Shown: positions 11,996-24,525, numbered from the stretch's first letter. The stretch: DNA of 64,000 bases from Harriotta raleighana (GCA_050575255.1 JBNZDD010013670.1:3513457-3577456); one strand, 5' to 3'. Numbers and translations are program-made. The notes: generated by a model not told the origin, from the sequence alone.

Positions 11996-13089
11996 TCAAG
12001 TCTGATCCTATCCACATCCATTGTCCACATGCGTGCTATTTTCCGCAGGAGACGGCTATCAGGATTGGAGCCATTGCTGAGATTAGGAAGCAGGTGACAG
12101 GCCAGAGAATGAAAATAAAATCTTGTTTTCTATGGTTCAGCACTAAACTGGGTGGTGCATATTTCCACAGATCCAGCAGCTGAGTGAAAGCTACAGTTTA
12201 ATAAAGAATCAAATCGGATTGTAAAATGTTTTGCGTTTAGTAATTTAGGATGGGCATTCACTTTAAAGCTGTAATACATGTAATTTGCTGTTATGAGGAT
12301 GGAATTTCTGTTTATTCAGCAGAGTTGTAACTAATACTTTGTTAATTCTTTATGTAAATCCGATTTGTTGAAAAGCTTTACACCACATAAATATACAACG
12401 ATAGAATGCAAAACTATTATGACATATGATACACTGCTCACTTCTGATAGACTTAAACTGTATTAGATCATTTTAAGTGAACATTCAGTACATTGCGAGA
12501 AATTCATGTAGCATCAACTGCAATATTAAAATCCATTTTGTATGCAAACGCAGCATCAATAAGATGCAAACATATTGCGCTAAATTAAAAATCCTTTGCC
12601 TCTGGTATGAAAGCAATATCGGCATTATATGTGATTGACAGTACAGCTTACATTCTTGTAGATTTCAGTTCATACCAGTTCAAAGCAATCATTCCACTGG
12701 CTTGAACTGGTCTTGACTGGTACCAGATGAAACTTGCTGGTAATAATATTTCGGTCATAGCAAGCAAAATATTCTCAAAGTCCTGCTACAGGTATATACA
12801 TTTTTGTATGAATAGAGATTTCATTTTCAAATTTCTTGATTTAGTTTCTTTGGGATAGAACACTAGAGATGACCACAGTTGTTATGCTGAACCTTTAACA
12901 TTAATGCCTCACTGATAAACANGGGATTTCTATCTAGAGATTTCTATCTAGAGATTACCACAGTTGTTATGCTGAACCTTTAACATTAATGCCTCACTGA
13001 TAAACATGAGCAGAACATTGTAACTGTATGTTGTTGGCCTGAATTTTTACTTTCTGTATTAATTAGGGTGATCTTCAAAAATGATCGCC

Positions 13090-13300
13090 ATAATGGATTA
13101 TTTTGGGTCAGTTAGGTATCAAACATGCATGCCACCCATACTTAAATTTCTGTGNTACTTTCTGTATTAATTAGGGTGATCTTCAAAAATGATCGTCATC
13201 ATGGATTATTTGGGGTCAGTTAGGTATCAAACATGCATGCCACCCATACTTAAATTTCTGTGAATGGAATGCATACTCTACCCCTGGAGTGACACTTCCA
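13090..13300 (+). repeat. U1 repeat, internally deleted copy (overlaps an N-join duplication)
   Basis: TTTTGGGTCAGTTAGGTATC..ATGCCACCCATA..AAATTTCTGTGAATGGAATGCATACTCTACCCCTGGAG. Confidence 0.55.
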
Positions 13301-13420
13301 GTTTACCGATTTCAAGAGAGTATAAGGCTCAGTTGCCAACAGCCAAACCTTGTAGACTCTTGAGTAAGTGTTGGGTACATGTTAAAAAATAACCATATAA
13401 ACCTATATATCTTATCATTG

Positions 13421-13965
13421 AACAACAAAGCATTTATATATTGCTCTCCATGCTGGGCGGCATCTCAGAACAATTCACAAAGTTGGAGCCCGAGGCTGAG
13501 CCAGTCGGAGGGGGGAGGTGACCATAAGCACGGATGAAGAGAAAGGTCTTCATGTGTGACTTGAAGCTGGGAAGGAGGGGGTGAGGTGGAGGAGTAGCGG
13601 GAGGGAATTCCAAAGTTTCGGGGAGTAGTGGCTGAAAGTACAGCCCCAGATTACGGAGTGGAGAATTTGGGGGACAAAGTGGAGGCTGAACTCAGTAGAG
13701 TGGAGGCAGCGGATCTGCTGTGAGGAGAGAAGGTTAGAGCGATAGGTGGCTGCTGAGGAGTTGAAGGATTTAAACACTGGAGTGAGGATCTTAACATTGA
13801 TCTGCTCTGTGACAGCGAGACAGTGGAGTTTTATAAGGACTGGGGTAATCGGGGTATGAAGTTTGGTGCGGGTGAGAATATAGGCGCAGAGTTTATGGAT
13901 GAGCTGAATTTTTTGAATGGTGGAAGAGGGGGACCGACGAGCTTAGAGTTAGAGTGGTGGCAAAA
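13421..13965 (-). mobile_element. L2 LINE 3' fragment
   Basis: Minus-strand ORF contains TFSHYSPKLWNSLP; AACAACAAAGCATTTATATA tail at left. Confidence 0.85.
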
Positions 13966-14701
13966 GCCAAATCTTGTGGACCCCTGTGTATTGGGTAAGT
14001 GTTAAAGTTTAACTATATAAGCCTACATAGCTTTTCATTGAACAACAACAACTTGCATTTATATAGCGCCCTCCTGCTGTTTATCCAGAAATTACCATGC
14101 TATTCTTGAGGAAGTTGGTTTGCTGCAATGAGGTGAATGCTTTCAGTTTGAAACTCATGTCGTTGGCTGCTCCTCTTCCAAGTGACCCCTTTGCTACAAT
14201 GGTGTTTGGAGCTCCTTCAGTGAATCAGGCTCAGAATTTTGGAGTAATTCAGAGGCAAGGTTGAGTCCAACTCTCTAGTTTTACAACTGGCAGAGTCTGA
14301 GAGTATTGGCACTGGGGATATGTTAATGGATCGAAGCTGACAACCTGTGCACCTGAGTCACCAAGTAACTTGTTCCGATCTGCTCCCGGGTGTGTTTAAA
14401 ATAGTGTAACTGTCAGCTAGTCCAGACAAACCTGAACATTTCCGATACACCTAAGATGTTTACATGGGCTTGGGTGTTCATTCCCTTTTACTCTTGTTCA
14501 TTCTGACAGTTGTTTGTCTTTTACATTTCCAAAGTTCTGCATATATGGAGAAAATTTAATTTTCTCATGGTTTGTTTTCTCCGGTCAAAACCTTTGCTCT
14601 GGGCAATAGGCCTAGTTTGCTATCAGCCTAACCTACAATTCCCTTTTTAATTAATTTGGAAATGAGGCACACAACTCAATCTGTCAATTATTGTGTTATT
14701 G

Positions 14702-15047
14702 TAGAGCACTCGCCTTACAAGCATGAGAACTGTGTTCGAATCCAGGCAGATCAGGACGAAACCTTGGGCAAGTTTTCTTACTCCACATGCCTAATAATAA
14801 TCCCTCAAAAAAAACCACAATAATAAAATTGGTCATTTCAATCCATGACCGTTTGTGGGACACTGCTGTGCACAATTGGCTGCCGCGTTCCGCCCACAAA
14901 TGTACAGTCAATTCACTTTACTGTATATTCTGTGAAGCGCTTTGGGACATTGATAAGATGTGAAAAGCGCTATATCAAATGCAAGGATTATTATTATTAT
15001 ATTATTATATTATCATTATATTATCATTATTATATTATTATTATTAT
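14702..15047 (+). mobile_element. Young SINE subfamily A with expanded (ATT)n tail
   Basis: AGAGCACTCGCCTTACAAGCATGAG..GTTCGAATCC; intact body; ~60-bp ATT-rich tail. Confidence 0.92.
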
Positions 15048-16640
15048 ACCATACTTCCACACCCCCTTTGGTTGCTACCCTCAGTTGCGGGTGACCCGCC
15101 AGCAATGGCAAGCACTTTGAGATGTCCTCCTGTCATGAAAGCTGCTATGTAAATATAAATTGTATAGTATAATATTGGAGAGCCAATGAGCCAATCATAA
15201 CCCAGCTGTATCACTAAAAGCGATAATATTTTGGATTTGTAAGATGTTTTTCATGTTAAGGGAAAATGTCCCAAGGTACTGATCAGTAAAAAAATTGCAC
15301 CCAAGCGGGTGATTTGAATCTAGAGGATTGGAGGAGCTATTGGGAGCAGTAGCTTTTCAGATGCTAGTTTTAGTTTGCTGAAAAATGTCTATGAAAGCAT
15401 TTGACAGCTAATAAAAAAGTTTTCCAATGAGCAAGTTGAGCCTTGACATAAATTTCACATCCAAAATAGGAAGTGAGTGTTGCCAATAAGTAAAAAATGT
15501 TATTTAGAGTTCATTACACCTCAGCTTTACAATTTATTTCAATTTATGAAAGAATTAATTAAATTGACAAAGTATTAAGTTCTAGAGCTCCTTGGCAGAA
15601 TTGACAAAAAATAAAACATCTAGTTATGATCAGAAGTAATGATTGAAACACCAGAGACTCCGAACATATACATTGTTTTATTATTGTTAAACCTTTTGAG
15701 TTTCCAAAAGTGAATTATGACAAGACAGGAGGATGGAACATTTTTCCACTTTTCTGCTCTCACTGCTATTGTCAAGCGATTAGAGGTCAGGTGTAACACT
15801 GCCAGATTAGGCCTAATCTTTTCAGGAAAAATGAGAGTCAAACTAAATTTCAGATGAACATGCCTTAATGCACCAGGGTCAATTTTTCATTTCCGACAAC
15901 CATGCTTTGTGTCAGCATGGATGTGGTCATTAAATGAGATTGCCAATTGAATACCAATTACTATATGTACTTTGGACAGTATTGCACTTTGGACTCAGCG
16001 CCTCTAGGACATTTAGTAAAGATTGCCCAATTCACTTATAGCTATCAGAGAGAAGAGATTTTCAGCCCACCTCCCAGGAAAATACTTTTTACAATAAAAT
16101 AATGAAATTAGCATTTTAGGGAGCAATGAATTCACAAGTTCTTAATGAAAGAAGAAGTTTTTCTTATGGTTGGGTGGTGGGGATGGGGATGTGTGGAGAT
16201 GGTGAGGGATTGGGGTGTGGGGAAGGGCAGGTTTTAAGGATAAGTGAATCTATTTGGGGCTGAGCTGGTTACATAGGGAATGTATAGTACAGTATTTGTA
16301 AATTGAATTGAGTTGATGCTCTAGGGTGGTCTCAGTTGTCTGATTCCTGAATTAGGAACATGAACAATATCAACATATTAATAGCAATTTCTGACATTAA
16401 CAACTGCCATATTACCAGCAATTATTAGCACATTTAATATTTTATTTTCCACTCCATTGTATTTAATTAAGAAAATAATCTGTTATCTTGATGAAGAGAC
16501 AAACAGTTTCAGAAAGTAATTTTTATTCTGCATTAAATATTTCTGTGCTATGTTCTCATTAATAGGCAATAAGAAATGTCAGGCAAATAATGTCACAAAA
16601 TTGTGCTGCCTTGTTTGCTGTACTCCTCGAATGATTGCCA

Positions 16641-16880
16641 ACAACAACAACTTAGATTTATATAACGCCCTCCACGCCAGATGGCATCTCAGAGCGCTTC
16701 ACAAAGCGGATCCTGGTGTCGAGCTAGGGGGAAGGGGAAAAAGCTGACCAAAAGCGTGGTTAAAAAGAAAGGAGGGAGCGAGTGAGGGGAGTGAGGAAGG
16801 GAGTTGCAGAGCCTCGGGGTGTAGTGGATGAAGGCACGGCTGCCAAAGGTGGAACTGATGATTCAGGGGACAAGAGGAGG
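16641..16880 (-). mobile_element. L2 3' end (second tail type)
   Basis: ACAACAACAACTTAGATTTATATAACGCCCTCCACGCCAGATGGCATCTCAGAGCGCTTCACA; GAGTTGCAGAGCCTCGGGGTG. Confidence 0.8.
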
Positions 16881-16989
16881 CCTTTCAGAGTAATTCACAT
16901 TAGGAGAGAATATAAACCAAGAGAACCAGGTTATAGACTAAAGAGTTCAATTCAGGAACAGAATACAATACAGCCATCGTGCTAATCTG

Positions 16990-17830
16990 CCTGAGATGGC
17001 AGCACTCTTGCTTCAGTGTCAGCAGCCTATGGGTTCAAATCTCATATCTAACCATCCAATGGTGTCTTGGCCTACAATCTGACTGATAAAATGGGTCATT
17101 AAATTTTTATTAGCTGTTTGAGGAACATTACTGTACACAAAATTGTCTCCAACATTTGCTCACAAAGTACGGTTGCTGCACTTTACAAAAAATTCTGTGA
17201 CAGGCGTTGTGGTATATTCCGTTGAATCCAGTATTATTATTACTACAGTAGAATCTGGTGAAGCAATGAAAGTGAAGTACAGACAGTGCAGAGTTACAAC
17301 TGTGGTATCATATCAACTTCTTAACTGAAAACCAATGATCTTGATTTGAGTGAAAACATGGCAGCTTTGTGGGCTATCCATGGGATATTTAAAGTCCAAC
17401 TGAACAGGCAGACAGGACCTTGGTTTAACATCTCATTTAAGGATGGCACCTGAAATAGATTAATAGTGTAGCCTTACAGTTTATCAAACCAGTGACCACT
17501 GCTCAGAGAAGTGAGAATTGGAGACTTTATTCACAAATTTGTTGATAATTAAGAATAGAGGTGAATCATAAATTTTGATGATGTGCTGATTACAGTTCTG
17601 ACATTGAATGTGAGAATTCTTATAATATAATATTATTGTATTTGATATAACACCTGATTGCATCATGGAAATGTCTCAAAGTGTTCCACATGATACATTG
17701 TAAAGTGGTATGACTGTATTATATAGGTGAATGTGGCAGTCAATTTGCACACACAAATGTCCCACAAACAGCCATGGAGTGACCAATTTCACTTGGGGGA
17801 TTGTTACCAAATCCTCTGGGAGAAACTCAT
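16990..17830. mobile_element. Cluster of old SacSINE1-like (Deu-domain) SINE fragments: ~16990-17190(+), ~17350-17520(-), ~17650-17830(-)
   Basis: Head GCACTCTTGCTTCAGTGTCAG..GGGTTCAAAT; Deu-like CTGAACAGGCAGACAGGACCTTGGTTTAACATCTCAT; CAAATGTCCCACAAACAGC. Confidence 0.6.
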
Positions 17831-19599
17831 TCCATGTTTTATTGTTAGGCCATAATATCAGTTTCAGACAGAAGCTTCCCCAACCAACTTCCCCCCAAAA
17901 TCCTTCAGTAGGTTTATCTCATCATCTAAATCCTTACAGCAGCTACAATCCCTCAGGAGAGATTGTATGAGACATGTATGCCTGAATAACGTTGCTAGTT
18001 TGACTCCAGCCAAAATGACAGAGGAGGTGTAGGATTTCTGAATTGGTTGAATTATTTTTTGCCTTCAACAGAATGCAGGATAATCATTAGCACATATAAT
18101 TCAGTTCTGAGTTCGATGTGTTAATCACTCAGTAACAGAACTGTTCTTATGAAATTTCACAATTAAGAGAGCTTTCCTCTGTTGACATTCAGTGTTCCTC
18201 TGTGTATTTTAGCCAGCAGCAGCAAGTGACTTGACATCATCCGATGACAAAGGTTTACTAATGATCTCCTTCAAGCAGTAAATGGCTGTTCTCAGCAAGT
18301 AGAAAACTCCTCTCTTTGGAAAGTTTTTTTCCTTTGTAGCTGAAATGCAAGAACATTAATTAGTGCTTTGAGTGAGATATTGGAAGAGTGCTCTGTTTAT
18401 CACAGAGATGCCAATCGGAACCTGAAGTGCCTCTTAAAATATTCTCATATGACAATAACATTCTATAATACTGGTGGATAACGGTAATGCTTTATTAATT
18501 TGGGAGAATGGTGGAGCTCTGTGTGCAGTCTCAGTTCACTTCTGTGAGACAGGTACAGCAACATACATTAGAAATTCCCAGCAGTAGAGAGTGGGTATAT
18601 TGCTCTTTGCGTCCCAGTGCAACGCATACTAATACTGATCCATCAACCTGCTGTCACACAACGATCGATCAGCCTGATGCAGCACCCATTAACAGCCACT
18701 GGATATTTCAGGCTACTTTAAAATTGCTTTACGAGGAGGTGGCACTGTATTTCCTGGGGCCTATCATACCCTGTACATTAGATCATATCCTTTATTATTT
18801 AAGAGCCAATTAATAATTGTTCCNTGGCACTGTATTTCCTGGGGCCTATCATACCCTATACATTAGATCATATCCTTTATTATTTAAGAGCCAATTAATA
18901 ATTGTTCCAAAGTAGATTTTTTGCAATGGATTTAATTCCATTAGAAAATCATTCGAAAATTTTGCTCGTTGCTGTGTGCAATCCAGTTCTTGTGATTCTA
19001 AAAACCTCTTTTGCAGTGCCTTTTACAATGTGAAGAATACATATTACATTTTTGATATTAATACTATAATAATAATTCTTGCATTTAGATATAGTACCTT
19101 CAACGTAAGACAGGTGGCTCTGGGTGTTTCATGGGATATACTGTAAAGTAGAGGAAATATATTTTGTAGTCTAATGTTTTTCTATTTTGGAATATGCTAG
19201 AACCAAATTATTTCTGAAATGTAAAATCCTGGTTTGTGTTTTTGTTAAGTACAATGATGACAGAAGCAATGCTCCTTTTTAAAATTTGTTGAACTGATCG
19301 GAGTTTAAATATTCAATGGCGCTGTCTAGTATGAGACAGAAGGCCTGGAAATGTGCCTCAATTGAGAAATTTAAGAGCCAGATCACCCCTTTGGCAAAAA
19401 TCATATCACCGAGTTACACTTCTCGTAGAATTAACGCCCAATTTAGTTTTTATTATATTGCTCTGTCTTAAGCAGTCTCCTGACTTTGAAGGCAATATTT
19501 TTACCACAAGAGATTGCTTACAGTTTGTTTATCACTGCTGTCCGCTCTGATAATACATCTGTGCAACATTTGCATTCATCAGAAACAATTAATTTCAAG

Positions 19600-19750
19600 T
19601 TTAGAATAATAGAATCAAAAGTGTTGCAGGATAGAAACATGCCATTCAATCCATCAAGTCTGTGCTGGTGCTTTTATTCCATTTGAGCCACCAAGAATAA
19701 TTCCATTCAGTCCCTATAAATCTTTAAATTTACTTTAAATAATTTATCGA
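19600..19750 (-). mobile_element. Old CR1 3' tip
   Basis: TAGAATAATAGAATC tail, GCCATTCAATCCATCAAGTCTGTGCTGG; compare 62805. Confidence 0.55.
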
Positions 19751-19799
19751 CTCTGATAACCTAAACAACAACAGGTAACAACAAAATCTGCCTCCAGTT

Positions 19800-19948
19800 A
19801 CTCTCCTACTGCCACCTCCCTTCCCTCGCCCCATCTGATCCTAACTACCTAGCTCGTATCCAAGACCTTGACTATCCAGCACTTTGGGACATCATCCTCA
19901 CCTAAAATCCTTTACAGAAATGTAATTTTTTGTATCGTTATTGTTGTG
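19800..19948 (+). mobile_element. Old L2 3' end
   Basis: C-rich UTR, CAGCACTTTGGGACATC..AAATGTAATTTTTTG..TTGTTG. Confidence 0.6.
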
Positions 19949-22199
19949 ACTGCAAGTGGCAAAGTAAGCAAATGTTTGCTGCTGAATTATCTGGTCAGTG
20001 TTTTCAGAGCAGGATTTGGCTGAGTTACCAGCTCATATCCAGAAATTCAAAAATTCATTTTGTTGTTGTACTTGGAAATCCACTCCCAAAAAATGAAGAG
20101 TGATTTCAGGTGCCAGGAATCTCAGTCAAGTTGCTTGTAATGGGTTCCATTTGAACCAGGTTTCTTATAGTTTCTAATTAGGCATCTTGCGATTTCTGGC
20201 CTGGGATTAATAACATAAAGCACACATTCTACTGGGCCTTATTAACAGCCTCATTTCCTTTTCCAAAGCTGTCAGTGAAAGGAATCTGTAAACACCTGAG
20301 GGCCAGAAAGCTCACCAGGAATGTGGTAGCACTCTAACAGCAATAGATTGATGGATCTGAGAGTAGAGACGCAAACCTCAGATTACAGCACTGAATGGAT
20401 TGGTTCTTTATTTCCACCGAGGGTTTTAATGTACAATATTTGCAAAACAAACGTGTTTATTGCAATTTCCAGTGTGTGACTTGCCATAAAATTCACGGCT
20501 GGGAAATCACAAGTGCACTGTGGGCGAAGTCCGAAAAAAGGTTTGTGAGTAAATGGTCAGGCATTTGAGACGCATGGTTTACTTGCTGGCCTGGCTTTTG
20601 GGCTTTCATGGCATGGCATTTGAGATTTGCAGGTTTCATATTTCACAAAGCGGAAGGTGGGATTAACACAGCAATTCTGGCTTGGACAAATTGCAACTTT
20701 GACCCCGGTGACCCCAAAAAGATGAGATTGGGTTACAGTTGGTGTAGAAAGAAGAGGAATATAAATCATACCTGTAAAGAAATAAGAATCTTTCAAATTG
20801 CTATTGAGAAGAATTTCACAGTGGGTGCGAATTGAAATTGTGTTGGTGTGGTATATTAAAACAATAATCCTTGCATTTGATACATTTGATTCTGTGCCTT
20901 GGGACGTACTCCCGAGGTGAAAGGTGCTCTATAAATGTAATTTTGTTGTTGATGTTGTTAATACAATGCCTTATCATGTTAAACATCTCAGTGAAATGCA
21001 TTTTTGGCAATTCTGGCACATTGCATATTTGCATTAAAAACTGATGAAAAACTGATTTGGACCCACAAATTTAGAATGTCCACTTATAAAATGGTATGGT
21101 TTAGTTGTGCAAATTTCTGTTCTGTGGCATTATCTGCATTGACTGTGGATGTGTTGGAGAGCTCTTGTTTTTGAGGAGATGCTACTGGCAAGAGTGCTTG
21201 TTAACAAGTTTATGTTGATTGGAAGTGGCACCATGATAATGTTGATGTGACTCTAGAGAAGAGAGAACGATAGGCCAAGTAGTGATGTCTGTGCTGCAGG
21301 ATTGCAGGAGGTGAGTCCTATGCCAAACAGTAGCTGCTTAGAATACAGCTGAGGCATCTGCAGCTGTCCAAGCAGTATTGTGCCAAGTGGCTGCTCCTCG
21401 GAAGTAGTACTTTGACTGTATTCCTTCAACTGGTCCAGAAATGTTCAGTATTCAAATATCTGGGATGCGCCAGTTTGCTGGAACTCATTATGTAGAATAA
21501 GGAATAATGCTTGGTTTTCAAAAGCATCCTACAATATTAATTTTGCTTAGAAGTGTCTGGCACAGGCAGTGAGGCACCAGCATTTACTTAACATTGCTGC
21601 TTTTTAATTTGTTCACACAGTGTACCCATAAAATCTGTTGGGGTGGAAGGGAATGTCTCCAAGAACACCAGATACCTAGATACCTTATTTATTCATCAGG
21701 AATCCATCTTGCTTTGACACACAACACGTAATTTGTTACAAGCACACAGACCACAATATGCTTTTGTACTCCTTTTAAGAATACAAAAATCAGCATTGAG
21801 AAAAGACCATACGTGTCTATTGAAGCCCTATTCTTTCTATTGTCCTACCTTAACTAATACTGCAGCCAGCATTTTTTTTAATGTTCTTAATGTGTTTAAC
21901 TCCACTATCCATCTGGCAGATTGTTCCGAGTGAATTAAATGTAAAGCCCAAGACTGGAAAAGAATATTGCAGTCTGTCCGGGTGGTCCCAATGTTTTCTT
22001 TTTAAACAGAGAATATCCTGCATTATACTCTCTCTCTTTCTCTTTCATATACCTCAATTGAATTCTTCACCAAATAGCTACCCGATGCCACTTTCCTGTA
22101 TTGTTTTGTTGACTGAAATTGTCTCATAAGACTTTAGGCATTGGCATGTATGCACAAACGTCTAATGTCATTGGGCAAGTCATAATTATCATTGTATTT

Positions 22200-22610
22200 G
22201 ATTAAGCTCAATATCGCTTTGTTGAGATATCTCAAAGAGTTTCACAACATTTTCTTTGAAGTAAATGTGTAGTTATTTTGTGGGCGAATTAAGCAATCAA
22301 TTTGCACCTAGCAATGTCCCACAAACAGCCAGGAAATGAATGGCCAATGTTATCTGGGGGATGGTCAGTCAGGACACTGGGAGACATTCCTCTCTCTTTT
22401 CTAAAAGTGCCAAGGGACTTTTCATATTTCAACTGAACAAGCAGATAAGACCTTGAATCATCTGAAAGACACTAGCACCGACCATGCAACGCTCCCCCCA
22501 GCACAGAACCAGAATGCTAGCCTAGACTTTGAGCTCAAGGATCTTACATGAGGCTTGAACCCACAAACCTTAATTAACACAGTGGCAAGAATGCTACTAA
22601 CTGAAGCAGG
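22200..22610 (-). mobile_element. Old SacSINE1-like Deu-domain SINE, near full length
   Basis: GGCTTGAACCCACAAACC (B-box complement), GCTAGCCTAGACTTTGAGCTCAAG, CAGGACACTGGGAGA, GCAATGTCCCACAAACAGC; resembles the DeuSINE consensus as recalled. Confidence 0.72.
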
Positions 22611-23416
22611 CTGATGCCTTAGCAAAATAAATTTAGTTCTGTGATCTAAGATTCCAAAATACCTGTCCCAAAGTTTCTCTGCAAATTTGACATTTCCTGG
22701 TTTCACTGTGAAATGATCCGTATAACTCGAGTTTTATCACCTAGACAGATTGATGCATGAAATTCCAACATGCTGAATCGGAAGTGGAGATGAGAATATA
22801 TGCGACTGAACCTCATGTCAAGAAATGATGAAGGCTGCCAGCTCAGTGAATCACTACATTTTAGAGACTATGAATCAGCATAACATATAATTATAATGAA
22901 GATATTGTGGTTGCACCGGTACATTTCCCTGATATTCAACTAGCAGGGATTTTGCTCCTGGTCTTTCTCCTGCTTCTGCTGTCAGTATTTGAGTAGCAGA
23001 TTTCAGAAAACGGCAATTGTGATAGGTATGAGATCTTACATTTCAGGAGTTTGATAATTCACAAAATGTCATTGTATCTGCGTTTTTCGGGACTGACTCT
23101 TCTAACTATAGTCAGACAAAGCTAATGGGAGTTTTTATTCCTAACTGAGGCCATTCAAAATTTGGCACTGAAAAACATAATTTTTCATTATGGGTTGCCT
23201 CAAGAAAGCAAACTCATAATCTGGAAGTAACAACATTCTCTCTCAAATTTATTGACAAAATCTGCCTCCATAGTCCAACTCGCACCTTCATCACTGGGGT
23301 CTAATCCGTAGTTTATACTGAGATTGCATTTATTGTACCCAAATATCCAAGGCACAGAGAAGATTAGAATAGGCTTTGTGCCACGATGCTATGCAATAAT
23401 ACATTATTACTGTATT

Positions 23417-24064
23417 CAGTAAAACCCTGTTTATGCGGCACCCACGGGACCTAGCCAGTGGAAGTTAAATGGTTTTCTGGTTGAAAAGTTTTTTTTTAAA
23501 AAATAGAATTTTTTTAAAATTAAAATTATTTTAACACAAACCATATTAATAATAGACTAAATAATAACAGATAATAACAATATTGCATGGGTATTTTATT
23601 GTAAATGTTGAACACTGTACCATATAAATAATAGAGTAAATACAGTACCGACAGATACCGTAATAACAGAATATTGTATGGCTACTTTATTGTAAATGTT
23701 GAACAATACTATATAAATAATAGACTAAATACCCTAATAACAGATACTATAATAACAGAATATTGTGTTAGTACTTTATTAGTGATATTTAACTTCGCAG
23801 TCATGACAGAGGAAAACAAATGGCAAAATGGCGACTTTAAAAACAAAATGGCAGATATTTCAATGGAGCAGGAGCGAGTTTAGATGAGACTAGCGGCCAG
23901 CCAAAATACCTGCACCAGCACTCGCATGCGACAATCAATTCAGTAAATGCGTCATCACTATTTTGCCGGATAACTTCCGGTTTATCGAATTGGGACTGTT
24001 TTTTGAGGTTCTGGTTCAATGGGGTTTCCGGTTCATCGAGTCACAAATAAACTGGATTTTACTG
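23417..24064. mobile_element. MITE subtype B with internal ~100-bp tandem triplication
   Basis: TIRs CAGTAAAACCCTGTTTATGCG ... CAAATAAACTGGATTTTACTG-TA; colinear with 60741-61191 plus extra AATAATAGACTAAATA..AATATTG..TTTATTGTAAATGTTGAACA units. Confidence 0.88.
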
Positions 24065-24140
24065 TATATATCTATGCAAGGATTATATTATTACATTTTG
24101 CAGATTTGTGAAGCATTCCATATATTTCTATAAGGATATA

Positions 24141-24525
24141 TAGTAAAACCTTGTTTATCCGTCACACTCGGGGGGGTTGGAGGGGGGGGGTCGACCAATT
24201 GATGGTGCCGGATAAATGAGGGAGTAGTTGCCGAAAACCCGACATAAAAATGTAATTTATTTTAAAACATACCATGTTAATAATGCACTACATAGAACCA
24301 GAATATTGTATGGATACTTACCAACAAAGCATTCTAGCAGAGTCGGGAAAAAATCGGTAAAACTGTTTTTTTTACCGATTGGTAAAAAACCCACGTGTGT
24401 AAGTGAGCATGCATTGCAAGCATGAGCAAACTCGCGATTCTGGAATGGGGAATTGTCCCGGGAGGGAGTCGAGCAATTGAATCGAGTCACGGTTGATTGA
24501 GTCACGGATAAACGAGGTTTTACTG
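24141..24525. mobile_element. MITE subtype A
   Basis: TA-TAGTAAAACCTTGTTTATCCG ... CGGATAAACGAGGTTTTACTG; interior matches 7659 and 53750. Confidence 0.9.

Noticed and set aside
18524-18556. Resemblance to the LF-SINE core (GTCTCAGT..GACAGGT)
   Set aside because: Under 30 bp, gapped, based on a recalled consensus, and the flanks do not extend.
18785-18793. U12-type 5' splice site ATATCCTTT
   Set aside because: An AT-rich 9-mer expected by chance; no upstream exon; lies in an N-join duplication.
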